This document shows, in pieces, positions 55,358 through 64,000 of a DNA stretch of 64,000 nucleotides. Under the pieces are notes generated by a model. The model saw only the letters and a program-made list of their open reading frames with translations, had not been told where the DNA came from and made no database searches. The number at the start of each line of letters is the position of its first letter. Position 1 is the stretch's first letter. The stretch covers positions 11,219 to 75,218 of the forward strand of contig JBFWUN010000008.1 of assembly GCA_050247235.1 (NCBI GenBank), read 5' to 3'. This DNA is from Gammaproteobacteria bacterium. GTDB lineage: Bacteria > Pseudomonadota > Gammaproteobacteria > Ga0077536. A program made the translations under genes and the position numbers.

Positions 55358-57601
55358 ATGCGAATCGCGCTCCGCTTCATCATCCCGCTGATGATCGTGC
55401 TCACCGCCGTGGCGTACGGCGTCCTGCCGGCGGTGGACCAGGTGACGCAGCGGTGGTTCATGCGCGACCTGGAGATCCGGTCGGAGCTGATCGCGCGGTC
55501 GATGCAGGACACGGTGCTCGCACTCGCCGACACGCACGATCGTGCGGGCCTGACGTCACTGTTCGGAAGCATCATCACCGATGAACGCCTGTACGCGGTG
55601 GGATACTGCGACCGTGCGTCGGGCACCGAGATCGCGACCTCCAACTACCCTGCAGTGCTGGCCTGCGCTTCGCTGGACGATCGGCCGGACTACGAGGACA
55701 GGAGCATCGACGGTCCGGAAGGCCCGCTGCATGTGCGGGTGCTCGATCTCCGCGACAGGACGCTCAACTCGCGCGGCCGGCTCGTACTCGTGCACGACAT
55801 GGCGTTTGTCGAGCGCCGCCGCGCGGATGCCCGACGCTACGTGCTGTACTTTCTCGGGGCGCTCGGCGGCCTCATCGTGCTCGTCACCGGGATCATTGCG
55901 CAATTGTCCTGGCATGGCTGGCTGCGGGGCGTGCGCTCCCTGATCCAGGCAGACCATCTCGCGCCGGCGCAACGCCCCGATGCTGCGCCGCCCGTGCTGC
56001 CGGAGCTCAAACCGCTGGCCGCCGACCTGCGCGCAATGCTCGACGAACTGCACGGCGATTACCGGCCCCGGGACGATGCCCAGATCACGTGGAATCCCGA
56101 TTCACTGCGCGAGATCCTGCGCGAAACCCTGCACGGGGAAGAAATCCTCGTCGTCTCCAACCGGGAACCCTACATCCACGTGCGGGACGGCGAGCGGATC
56201 GTCGTACAGCGCCCCGCGAGCGGCCTCGTGACGGCGCTGGAACCCATCATGCGCGCATGCTCCGGCACCTGGATCGCACACGGTGGCGGCTCGGCCGACC
56301 GTGACACCGTGGACGCGCACGACCGGGTGCTCGTGCCCCCGGAGCATCCTTCGTACCGCATCCGGCGCATCTGGCTGACGCCGGAAGAGGAAGCGGGCTA
56401 CTACTACGGTTTCGCCAACGAAGGCCTGTGGCCCCTGTGTCACATCGCGCACGTCCGGCCGATATTCCGCAGCGACGACTGGCGTCATTACGTGGAGGTG
56501 AACCGTCGCTTCGCCGACGCGGTCTGCCAGGAGTCGCGCGTGCCGAACCCCATCGTGCTGGTGCAGGACTACCACTTCGCGCTGCTGCCGCGGATGGTGC
56601 GTGATCGCCTGCCCGACGCGACCGTGATCACGTTCTGGCATATCCCGTGGCCGAATCCCGAGGCGTTCGCGATCTGCCCGTGGCAGGCCGAACTCATGGA
56701 AGGACTTCTCGGCAGCAGCATCCTCGGCTTCCACACGCGCTTCCACACGAACAACTTCCTCGATTCGGTGGATCGCGTGCTCGAGGCCCGCGCGGATCGT
56801 GAGCTCTCCACGATCAGCTTCCGCGGCGAGACCACTGCCATCAAGCGTTACCCGATTTCGATCGAATGGCCGCCGGAAGCGCTCGCCCAGGTCCCGCCCG
56901 TCGCGGACTGTCATACGGAGATCCGCGCCCGTCACGGCCTGCCGCCGGATCACAAGATCGGGGTGGGGGTCGATCGCATGGATTACACCAAGGGTATCCT
57001 GGAACGCCTGCTCGCGGTGGAACGTCTTCTCGAGCTGCAGCCGGAGTGGGTGGGCCGCTTCTCGTTCATCCAGATCGCGGCCCCGACCCGGGCGAACATC
57101 GAAGAGTACCAGTCCTTCGAACAGCGTCTCCGTGCCCTCGCGGACCGGATCAATGCACGCTTCCACGCGGCGCCGCACCCGCCGATCATCCTGCGCATCG
57201 CGCACCACGGACCGGACGAGGTGTACCGGTACTACCGCGCGACGGATGTCTGCGTGGTCACCAGCCTGCACGACGGCATGAACCTCGTCGCCAAGGAGTT
57301 CGCGGCCGCGCGCGACGACGAGCAGGGCGTGCTGATCCTGAGCCGGTTCACCGGCGCGTCGCGCGAACTTCCGGAGGCCCTCGTCGTGAACCCCTATGAC
57401 GTGGACCAGTGCGCGACGGCAATTCACGCCGCGCTCACGATGCCGGCCAACGATCAGCGACACCGGATGTCGCTGATGCGCAGTGTCATCAAGGAATTCA
57501 ACGTCTATCGCTGGGCAGGCAAGATGCTGCTGGACGCCGCCGGCATGCGTCAGCGCGGGCGTATCCGTGCGGTCTCACAGGTATCGGGCCTGGAGCTGTG
57601 A
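55358..57601 (+). CDS. otsA: Trehalose-6-phosphate synthase (GT20) with a ~260-aa N-terminal two-TM extracytoplasmic module
   Basis: Lies in the frame of ORF 55154..57601. ATG 55358 gives a 747-aa product. TM1 is [20 protein letters not shown] ~135-aa loop follows, then TM2 [23 protein letters not shown]. The OtsA core comes next ([46 protein letters not shown]). Confidence 0.88.
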   Translation: MRIALRFIIPLMIVLTAVAYGVLPAVDQVTQRWFMRDLEIRSELIARSMQDTVLALADTHDRAGLTSLFGSIITDERLYAVGYCDRASGTEIATSNYPAVLACASLDDRPDYEDRSIDGPEGPLHVRVLDLRDRTLNSRGRLVLVHDMAFVERRRADARRYVLYFLGALGGLIVLVTGIIAQLSWHGWLRGVRSLIQADHLAPAQRPDAAPPVLPELKPLAADLRAMLDELHGDYRPRDDAQITWNPDSLREILRETLHGEEILVVSNREPYIHVRDGERIVVQRPASGLVTALEPIMRACSGTWIAHGGGSADRDTVDAHDRVLVPPEHPSYRIRRIWLTPEEEAGYYYGFANEGLWPLCHIAHVRPIFRSDDWRHYVEVNRRFADAVCQESRVPNPIVLVQDYHFALLPRMVRDRLPDATVITFWHIPWPNPEAFAICPWQAELMEGLLGSSILGFHTRFHTNNFLDSVDRVLEARADRELSTISFRGETTAIKRYPISIEWPPEALAQVPPVADCHTEIRARHGLPPDHKIGVGVDRMDYTKGILERLLAVERLLELQPEWVGRFSFIQIAAPTRANIEEYQSFEQRLRALADRINARFHAAPHPPIILRIAHHGPDEVYRYYRATDVCVVTSLHDGMNLVAKEFAAARDDEQGVLILSRFTGASRELPEALVVNPYDVDQCATAIHAALTMPANDQRHRMSLMRSVIKEFNVYRWAGKMLLDAAGMRQRGRIRAVSQVSGLEL

Positions 57602-58359
57602 TGGACGCGTCCCAGTCGCCCCAACCGCCGCTGCCCGCCCCCGGTGACCGGTGGGCGCTGTTCCTGGATTTCGACGGCACGCTCGTGCCGATCGCGGCAC
57701 GGCCATCCGCGGTGCGCTGGCGCCCGCTGCTCGGCGCGCAGCTCCGGCGGCTCGAACGCGCGCTGGACGGCGCGCTCGCCGTCGTCAGCGGCCGCTCTAT
57801 CGAGGACCTGGGACGAATCATCGCCCCCACGTCCGTGATGCTCGCCGGGCTGCATGGGCTCGAGCAGATCGATGCGCAGGGCAACCACGTGCGGAGCGCG
57901 CCCGCAGAACCGCTGCCCGCGAACATCGGCGATCGGCTCCGCGCGCTCACGGGGCCGCGCCCCGGCCTGGAGCTGGAAGAAAAAGGTCCGAGCGTCGCGG
58001 TGCATTACCGGCACGCACCCCACCTGGCCGGACAGGTCCGTTCGGAGCTCGACCGCATCGTGGGCGAACTCGGGCCACACTGGATGCTGCAGACCGGCAA
58101 GATGGTCGTCGAACTGCGACCCGCCGGACGCGACAAGGGCACCGTCATCGGCGAGTTCCTGGAGGGCGCTCCGTTCCACGGACGGACACCCGTGTACGTG
58201 GGTGACGACGACACGGACGAGGCGGCCTTCGCGGTGGTCAACGCGCGCGGGGGCATCTCGGTAAAGGTCGGGTCGGGCGCGACCTGCGCACGCTGGCGTC
58301 TGCGCTCCGTGTCGCAGGTCTGGTGGTGGCTGAAGGCAATCACGCAGCGGTTGGAGTAG
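57601..58359 (+). CDS. otsB: Trehalose-6-phosphate phosphatase (HAD family)
   Basis: Lies in the frame of ORF 57409..58359. ATG 57601 overlaps the otsA stop by 1 nt (TGATG). LFLDFDGTL HAD motif I and GDDDTDE motif IV. Confidence 0.88.
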   Translation: MDASQSPQPPLPAPGDRWALFLDFDGTLVPIAARPSAVRWRPLLGAQLRRLERALDGALAVVSGRSIEDLGRIIAPTSVMLAGLHGLEQIDAQGNHVRSAPAEPLPANIGDRLRALTGPRPGLELEEKGPSVAVHYRHAPHLAGQVRSELDRIVGELGPHWMLQTGKMVVELRPAGRDKGTVIGEFLEGAPFHGRTPVYVGDDDTDEAAFAVVNARGGISVKVGSGATCARWRLRSVSQVWWWLKAITQRLE

Positions 58360-58362
58360 AAC

Positions 58363-60156
58363 ATGTCATCACTGGATCTCGGCCTGATCGGCAACTGCAG
58401 CATCAGCGCACTCATCGATGCGCAGGGCACCTTGTGCTGGGCGTGCATGCCGCGCTTCGATGCGGACCCGGTGTTCTGCTCGCTGCTGCGCCCGGCCAGC
58501 GGCGACGACGATTTCGGCTACGCGGCGATCGAACTCGTGGATTGCGTGGACGTGACGCAGGCGTACCTGCGCAACACCGCCGTGATGGTGACCCGCCTGA
58601 CCGACGTGCGCGGGGGAAGCGTGGAGATCCACGACTTCGCACCGCGGTTCCGGCAGTTCGGCCGCATGTTTACGCCGGTCACGCTCGTGCGTCGACTGTT
58701 GCGCGTCGCCGGCAGCCCGCGCGTGATCGTGCGCGTGCGACCGGCCTTCGGGTACGGCGCCCAGCGCCCGGCGGTCACGTTCGGCAGCCACCACATCCGC
58801 TACCAGGGTGACGAACAGGCACTGCGCGTGACGACGGACCTGTCGATCACCGCGCTGCTCAACGAACTGGAATTCCTCGCCGGGGACGTCGCGACGATCG
58901 TCATCGGCCTCGACGAGACGGTCCAGGAATCCGTCTCCGCGCTCGGCGCACGCTTCGAGTCCGCGACGATCGACTACTGGCGAGAGTGGACCCGGTCGCT
59001 CTCGATTCCGTTCGAATGGCAGGACCCGGTAATCCGGGCGGCAATCACCTTGAAGCTGAACGCCTACGACGACACCGGCGCCATCATTGCCGCGGTCACC
59101 ACGTCCGTACCCGAGGCCGGGGACAGCGGTCGCACCTGGGACTACCGGTTCTGCTGGTTGCGCGATGCGTACTTCGTCGTCAATGCGCTGAACCGGCTCG
59201 GGACCACCGACACGCTGGAACGCTACCTGGGTTTCATCATGAACATCGCCGCTGCCGCACCCGAAGGTCGCCTGCAGCCGGTCTACGGGATCGACGGGCG
59301 ACGCTGCATCGAGGAGCGCATGGTGGAAAGCCTCCCCGGTTATCGCGCGATGGGGCCCGTGCGGGTGGGCAACCAGGCGCACGACCAGGTCCAGCACGAC
59401 GTCTACGGCTCCGCGATCCTCGCCGCCGCGCACGTGTTCTTCGACCAGCGCCTGAACTACACCGGGGACGTGCAGCTGTTCGCGGCGCTGGAGCCGCTCG
59501 GCCGGCAGGCCGTGCTCAATTTCGATCGCCCCGACGCGAGCCTGTGGGAACTGCGCGGCAACGTTCGCCGACATACCTTCTCGGCGGTGCTGTGCTGGGC
59601 GGCCTGCGACCGGCTCGCCAAGATCGCCCGCCAGCTCGGACTCACGGATCGGGCGTTCGAATGGGATTCGCACGCGCGGCACCTGCACGCGGAAATCACG
59701 CGACGCGCGTGGGACGCGGAGCAGAACTCGTTCGTCGTCGCGCTCGACGGCGAGTCGCGCGAACTCGATGCAAGCCTGCTGCTGCTTGCGGAGTTCGGCT
59801 TCGTGGACGGCAGGGATCCGCGTTTCGCGGGCACGGTCGCAGCCATCGAGCGGCACCTCAAACGCGGCAACTACATTTTCCGTTACGTGGAAGCGGATGA
59901 TTTCGGGGTGCCTTCGAACGCGTTCCTGGTGTGCACGTTCTGGTACGTGTACGCGCTGTGCGCGCAAGGGCGCGCGGACGAGGCGCGGGCGCTGTTCGAA
60001 CACCTGCTGGCGTGCCGGAATCGTCACGGACTGCTCGCCGAGCACATCGACCCCGAGACGGGCGAACAGTGGGGCAACTTCGTGCAGACCTACAGCATGG
60101 TCGGACTCGTGAACTGCGCGATACGCCTCAGTATCCGGTGGGACCAGGCGTTCTGA
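58363..60156 (+). CDS. Glycoside hydrolase family 15 protein (glucoamylase/trehalase-like)
   Basis: 597 aa. LGLIGNCSISALIDAQGTLCWACMPRFD N-terminus and WDYRFCWLRDA, typical of bacterial GH15. Lies 3 nt after otsB. Confidence 0.82.
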   Translation: MSSLDLGLIGNCSISALIDAQGTLCWACMPRFDADPVFCSLLRPASGDDDFGYAAIELVDCVDVTQAYLRNTAVMVTRLTDVRGGSVEIHDFAPRFRQFGRMFTPVTLVRRLLRVAGSPRVIVRVRPAFGYGAQRPAVTFGSHHIRYQGDEQALRVTTDLSITALLNELEFLAGDVATIVIGLDETVQESVSALGARFESATIDYWREWTRSLSIPFEWQDPVIRAAITLKLNAYDDTGAIIAAVTTSVPEAGDSGRTWDYRFCWLRDAYFVVNALNRLGTTDTLERYLGFIMNIAAAAPEGRLQPVYGIDGRRCIEERMVESLPGYRAMGPVRVGNQAHDQVQHDVYGSAILAAAHVFFDQRLNYTGDVQLFAALEPLGRQAVLNFDRPDASLWELRGNVRRHTFSAVLCWAACDRLAKIARQLGLTDRAFEWDSHARHLHAEITRRAWDAEQNSFVVALDGESRELDASLLLLAEFGFVDGRDPRFAGTVAAIERHLKRGNYIFRYVEADDFGVPSNAFLVCTFWYVYALCAQGRADEARALFEHLLACRNRHGLLAEHIDPETGEQWGNFVQTYSMVGLVNCAIRLSIRWDQAF

Positions 60157-60190
60157 CCTGCCGCGTACGGCACGCCGATCCGGACACGTC

Positions 60191-61069
60191 TCAGCCGAGC
60201 AGACGCGCGTAGCGATCCAGGACGCGCAAGACCGTCGAGTCGTCCGTCACCGGCAGTTTCAGGATCGTGCGCGCCACCCCGAGATCGCGTGCCCGTGCGA
60301 GCAGGTCGGCGTCGGGATTCTCCTCGGCCAGGAAAAACAGCGAGACCTCCAGGCGCGCCGGGTCCCGTCCGAGCGTGCGCATGCGCGCATGCACGTCGGC
60401 GATGCTGCGGGCCGTCTCGGCGAGATCGAATGTCAGCGGCAGCCAGCCGTCGCCGTGACGCGCGACCTGGGCGCGCGCGAACGGGGTGTCGAGCGTGCCG
60501 AGCACGACGGCAGGTCCCCCGGGCGTGAGCGGCTTGGGGTACTGCCAGGATTCCGCGAAGCGCACGTGCTCCCCGGCGAACGACGCGCGTTCCTGCGTCC
60601 ATAGCGTACGGAGCGCGCGCAGCCGTTCGCGCAGCTGCGGCCAGCGCTGCTCGAACGCAACGCCATGATGACGCATCTCCGGGACGTACCATCCGGCGCC
60701 GATGCCGAAGATGAAACGGCCCTCGGACAGGCGGTCGAGACAGGTCACCTGCTTCGCGAGATTGATCGGGTGGTGCTGGTTGATCAGGCACACGCAGGTG
60801 CCGAGCTTCAAGGTCCGCGTGACCGCCGCGGCCGCCGCGAGCGTGGTGAACGGATCGGCGATATGACGGTATTCCTCCGGCAGGAAGAATGTGCGCGTGC
60901 CGGCCAGCGGCATGCCCGTGACCGGGTCAGACTCGCCGGGCGGCGGCACCGGGATGTGCGTGTGCTCCGGCACCCACAGGGATTCGAGACCGCGTTCCTC
61001 GGCCGCGCGCGCGACGCGGTCGAGCCGCAGGGTGGTTTCCGTGTTGAACGAGAATACCCCGAGTTTCAT
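60191..61069 (-). CDS. Luciferase-like (LLM class) flavin/F420-dependent oxidoreductase
   Basis: Lies in the frame of ORF 60191..61084. ATG 61069 gives MKLGVFSFNTE..GLESLWVPEHTHIP..FIFGIGAGW. Confidence 0.75.
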   Translation of the reverse strand: MKLGVFSFNTETTLRLDRVARAAEERGLESLWVPEHTHIPVPPPGESDPVTGMPLAGTRTFFLPEEYRHIADPFTTLAAAAAVTRTLKLGTCVCLINQHHPINLAKQVTCLDRLSEGRFIFGIGAGWYVPEMRHHGVAFEQRWPQLRERLRALRTLWTQERASFAGEHVRFAESWQYPKPLTPGGPAVVLGTLDTPFARAQVARHGDGWLPLTFDLAETARSIADVHARMRTLGRDPARLEVSLFFLAEENPDADLLARARDLGVARTILKLPVTDDSTVLRVLDRYARLLG

Positions 61070-61213
61070 GCCGCCTCCTCCCACGGTATCCGCTGCAGTT
61101 GCACGTCGCCGGTGCGTCCACCCGGCGGCCCACTATAGTCCCGTCCGATGCGCATGCGCGACGCGGGGACGACGCGTCCATCGCGCGGAACCGCGGGCAC
61201 GGCCGGCCCGGCA

Positions 61214-61240
61214 TGTCACATCCGGCACGGCTGCGTCGTC
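61214..61240 (+). promoter_or_regulatory. ECF41-type sigma factor promoter TGTCACA-N16-CGTC
   Basis: TGTCACA at 61214-61220, an exact 16-nt spacer, then CGTC at 61237-61240. GGAGG and ATG 61260 follow. This is an exact match to the motif I recall for ECF41 sigma factors. The cognate sigma is the third gene downstream. Confidence 0.7.
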
Positions 61241-61259
61241 ATGGGGGCGGAGGTGTCTC

Positions 61260-61649
61260 ATGAACGCTGTACGGATTCTGCTCGCAGTCGGTCTCATCCT
61301 GAACGGTGCCTGGATGATCGCGGACCCCGCCCTGTGGTATGCGCACATCCCGGGGGTGCGGGACACCGGTCCCTTGAATGCCCACCTGGCACGGGACGTC
61401 GGCGTGGCGTACCTCGTGGCGGGGGGCGGACTCGCCGCGGCGGCCCTGATCGGGCCACGCTGGCGCCCGGCCGCGTGGACCGGGGTCGCGTTCCTGTTCG
61501 GACATGGCCTCGTCCACCTCGGCGAGGCGCTTGCGGACGTCGCGTCGCTTGGCCACCTGCTGCGCGATGCTCCCGCGGTGCTCGGAGTGCCGCTGGCCGC
61601 CGCGTGGAGCCTGCGGCAGTCCGTCCGCCGGGAGAATCACGCATGCTGA
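61260..61649 (+). CDS. Small integral membrane protein (129 aa, about 4 TM)
   Basis: Lies in the frame of ORF 60891..61649. ATG 61260 behind GGAGG. Hydrophobic segments ILLAVGLILNGAWMI, VAYLVAGGGLAAAALI and AAWTGVAFLFGHGLV. Confidence 0.65.
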   Translation: MNAVRILLAVGLILNGAWMIADPALWYAHIPGVRDTGPLNAHLARDVGVAYLVAGGGLAAAALIGPRWRPAAWTGVAFLFGHGLVHLGEALADVASLGHLLRDAPAVLGVPLAAAWSLRQSVRRENHAC

Positions 61650-62191
61650 AAGCGCTGCTGGCGCGGTCGATCCGCGCGTTCGAACGTCGTTACGATTACG
61701 ACATGGGTTACGGGCATGCACTGCTGAGCGCATCCCTGCCGGGCTTCCTGCGATTCCTGGCGGTGACATCGCTGTCGCCGCGCCCGGACGGCGTGCCGCC
61801 CGCGGCGTGGTACGCCGCGAAGATCGCCGCGACGATGCACGGCGACTGCGGCCCCTGCACGCAGCTCGTGATCCGGATGGCCGCGGACGCGGCGGTGCCG
61901 GGCGCCACCCTGCGTGCAGTGGTGGCGCACGACCTGTCGGCCCTCGATGCGGACACGGCACTCGGCCTGCGTTACGCGACGGCCGTGCTGACGCGCACCG
62001 CGGAGCTTCCCGCGCTGCAGGCAGACGTCCTGGCACGCTGGGGTGCACGCGGCCTCGCGTCGCTTGCGCTTGCCGTCACCGCCGCGAGCCTGTTCCCCAC
62101 GCTGAAGGTCGCGCTCGGGCATGGCCATGCGTGCAGCCTGGCGGGTGTGGATGCCGCGCTGGCCGCCGCCGACGCGGCGCGCGCGGGCTGA
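61643..62191 (+). CDS. AhpD/carboxymuconolactone-decarboxylase-like protein (CGPC motif)
   Basis: Lies in the frame of ORF 61148..62191. ATG 61643 overlaps the previous stop by 7 nt. ATMHGDCGPCTQL motif. Occupies the COE-gene position typical next to ECF41 sigma genes. Confidence 0.6.
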   Translation: MLKALLARSIRAFERRYDYDMGYGHALLSASLPGFLRFLAVTSLSPRPDGVPPAAWYAAKIAATMHGDCGPCTQLVIRMAADAAVPGATLRAVVAHDLSALDADTALGLRYATAVLTRTAELPALQADVLARWGARGLASLALAVTAASLFPTLKVALGHGHACSLAGVDAALAAADAARAG

Positions 62192-62202
62192 TCCTCCGCG
62201 CC

Positions 62203-63081
62203 ATGGACGATGTGTTCGAACAGGCGCGACCGTTCCTGCGCGGACTCGCGTACCGGATGCTCGGCAGGGTCACTGACGCGGACGACATCCTGCAGGACGC
62301 ATGGCTGCGCTGGCGTGACGTCGCGCACGCGGAGGTGCGGGAACCGCGCGCGTTCCTCGCCCAGGTCGTGACACGCCTGTGTCTCGATCACCTGGCCGCC
62401 GCGCGCGTCCGGCGCGAATGCTATGTCGGGCAGTGGCTCCCGGAGCCGCTGCCGGACGAACGCCCGGCGGCGGAGCCGTCGACGGCAGTCGCGCTGGCGG
62501 ACGATCTGACGTTCGCGCTGCTGCGCCTGCTGGAGACGCTGACCCCGCTGGAACGCGCGGCATTCCTGCTGCATGACGTGTTCGAGTTTGAATTTGCCGA
62601 CGTGGCAGCAGCACTCGGGCGCAGTGCCGCGAGCTGTCGCCAGCTCGCGAGTCGCGCGCGTCGCCACGTGCACGCGGCGCGTCCGCGCTTTGCGGTCACA
62701 CCGGAGGACGGTGCACGGTTGTGCCGCGCATTCGCCGCCGCGGTCGCGGCGCGGGACGCCGCGGCGCTGGCCGCGTTGTTCACCGACGATGTCGTGTTCC
62801 ATGCCGACGGCGGCGGGATTGCCGCCGCGGTGCCGGCACCGGTCGCCGGCGCCGCGCAGGTCGCGCGCGTCATCATCGGCTTCGCCAAGGGATATGTGCC
62901 GGGGACGTTCGAGATCGCTTTCGGCGCACTCAACGGGACCCCCGCCATGGGCGTGTACGCGGACGGCGGCACCTTGCGCCAGGTCATGCTGTTCGAAACC
63001 GCGCCGGACGGCCGCATCGCCGCCTGCTACGTGCAGCGCAACCCGCAGAAGCTGCGCCACCTCGCGGGGTGGCGCCCATAA
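62203..63081 (+). CDS. ECF sigma factor, group ECF41 (SigJ-like) with fused SnoaL-like C-terminal domain
   Basis: Lies in the frame of ORF 61504..63081. ATG 62203 gives a 292-aa product. Region 2 is LRGLAYRMLGRVTDADDILQDAWLRW. Region 4 is LERAAFLLHDVFEFEFADVAAALGRS. The C-terminal extension carries the DGGG (HADGGGI) and NPxKL (RNPQKL) signatures. Confidence 0.85.
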   Translation: MDDVFEQARPFLRGLAYRMLGRVTDADDILQDAWLRWRDVAHAEVREPRAFLAQVVTRLCLDHLAAARVRRECYVGQWLPEPLPDERPAAEPSTAVALADDLTFALLRLLETLTPLERAAFLLHDVFEFEFADVAAALGRSAASCRQLASRARRHVHAARPRFAVTPEDGARLCRAFAAAVAARDAAALAALFTDDVVFHADGGGIAAAVPAPVAGAAQVARVIIGFAKGYVPGTFEIAFGALNGTPAMGVYADGGTLRQVMLFETAPDGRIAACYVQRNPQKLRHLAGWRP

Positions 63082-63091
63082 ACCGGCGGAC

Positions 63092-63424
63092 TCAGCGCAC
63101 GTCCAGCAGCTCGACGTCGAATACGAGCGTCGCGTTCGGCGGGATCACCCCGCCGGCGCCGCGCGCGCCGTAACCGAGCTCCGGGGGAATCGTCAGCGTG
63201 CGCGAACCACCGACCCGCATGCCGGCAACGCCCTGGTCCCAGCCCTGGATCACCTGGCCGACGCCGAGCCGGAACGCGAACGGCTCGTCACGATCGCGTG
63301 AACTGTCGAATTTGCGGCCTTTGCGCTCCGGTGCGTCCGCGTCGAACAGCCACCCGGTGTAATGCACGATGACAGTCTTCCCGGCCTCGGCAACTGCGCC
63401 GCTGCCCACCACATGATCTACCAT
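63092..63424 (-). CDS. FKBP-type peptidyl-prolyl cis-trans isomerase
   Basis: 110 aa. [46 protein letters not shown] is the classic FKBP12-like core. Confidence 0.92.
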   Translation of the reverse strand: MVDHVVGSGAVAEAGKTVIVHYTGWLFDADAPERKGRKFDSSRDRDEPFAFRLGVGQVIQGWDQGVAGMRVGGSRTLTIPPELGYGARGAGGVIPPNATLVFDVELLDVR

Positions 63425-63497
63425 GGTCGCTCCTTGTCACTGGAGGCGCGATTGTGCCAGATCGCACCGCGTCCGACCCTGCCCTGTCGGCTTGCCG

Positions 63498-64000
63498 ATG
63501 ACCGACCTGCTGTCCGCACTCGCCACGGAGTCACGTCTCGCGCTCGCCGACGGCGCGGTGGTGCTGCGCGGTTACGCGAGCGCGATCGCGGATTCGCTCG
63601 TCGCCGAGGTCACGCGCCTCGCGCAGCGCGCGCCGTTCCGGCACATGTCGACACCCGGCGGCCAGCGCATGTCGGTGGCGATGACGAACTGCGGCGCGCT
63701 CGGCTGGGTGAGCGACCGGCGCGGTTACCGCTACGTGGCCGAAGACCCGGCCTCGGGCGCGCGGTGGCCGCCGCTGCCGGCAGTGTTCGCGATGCTCGCG
63801 CGGGATGCCGCGGCAGCGGGCGGCTTCGCCGGCTTCGCGCCCGATGCCTGCCTCGTGAACCGCTACGTGCCGGGCACGAAGCTGACCTTGCACCAGGATC
63901 GCGACGAACGCGACTTCGCGCAGCCGATCGTCTCGGTCTCGCTCGGCCTGCCGGCGGTATTCCTGTTCGGCGGTGCGCGGCGCCGGGATCCGACGGTGAA
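63498..64000 (+). CDS. alkB: Alpha-ketoglutarate-dependent dioxygenase AlkB, N-terminal 167 codons (runs off the window)
   Basis: Open at the window end, so absent from the ORF track. ATG 63498 gives MTDLLSALATESRLALADGAVVLRGYA..MSVAMTNCGALGWVSDRRGYRY..PDACLVNRYVPGTKLTLHQDRDE, including the HxD iron ligands. Confidence 0.85.
   Translation, partial: MTDLLSALATESRLALADGAVVLRGYASAIADSLVAEVTRLAQRAPFRHMSTPGGQRMSVAMTNCGALGWVSDRRGYRYVAEDPASGARWPPLPAVFAMLARDAAAAGGFAGFAPDACLVNRYVPGTKLTLHQDRDERDFAQPIVSVSLGLPAVFLFGGARRRDPTV

Overview
This is a GC-rich chromosomal segment (roughly two-thirds G+C by eye) with gammaproteobacterium-like synteny, and it is almost entirely coding. I saw no transposase, integrase, CRISPR array or rRNA. 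All family calls rest on motifs I recognise in the translations; no database search was possible.

Layout:
- 1-13.2 kb, minus strand: the 5' half of the dcw division/cell-wall cluster (mraZ-rsmH-ftsL-ftsI-murE-murF-mraY-murD-ftsW-murG-murC-murB), chained by 4-nt start/stop overlaps. A sigma70-type Pmra promoter and three TGGNG MraZ-type repeats lie upstream.
- 13.4-13.8 kb: RNase P RNA (rnpB), directly downstream of rsmI.
- 14.7-18.2 kb: lpoA-yraN-diaA-dolP.
- 18.2-21.9 kb: sspBA and the cytochrome bc1 operon petABC.
- 22.1-26.2 kb: hisDG-murA-ibaG-mlaC.
- 26.4-34.7 kb: gloA, purT, pdxB, secDF-yajC, tgt, queA.
- 34.76 kb: tRNA-Leu(CAA).

The most interesting part is 35-51 kb. It holds an FNR-type regulator, a soluble GAF/FixL-like-PAS/HisKA_3 kinase and a NarL-type response regulator. 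Around them sit an unusual gene set:
- a PRPP-synthetase-like gene;
- an APH-like kinase;
- a five-gene translationally coupled acs / 2-oxoacid-dehydrogenase E1 alpha / E1 beta / E2 / stand-alone carrier-protein operon;
- an orphan GroEL paralogue;
- a beta-CASP MBL RNase;
- two uncharacterised ORFs.

Five FNR-like palindromes lie in this block. Four have a -10-like hexamer at exactly the class II (-41.5) spacing, and the fifth is 1 bp off. I interpret the block as a candidate low-oxygen regulon.

The rest of the window (51-64 kb) carries:
- a cupin, a thiolase/DUF35 pair and an AhpD-like protein;
- an mscS-otsA-otsB-GH15 osmoprotection block, whose OtsA has an N-terminal two-TM sensor-like module;
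- an LLM oxidoreductase;
- an ECF41-type sigma operon with the matching TGTCACA-N16-CGTC promoter;
- an FKBP and a partial alkB.
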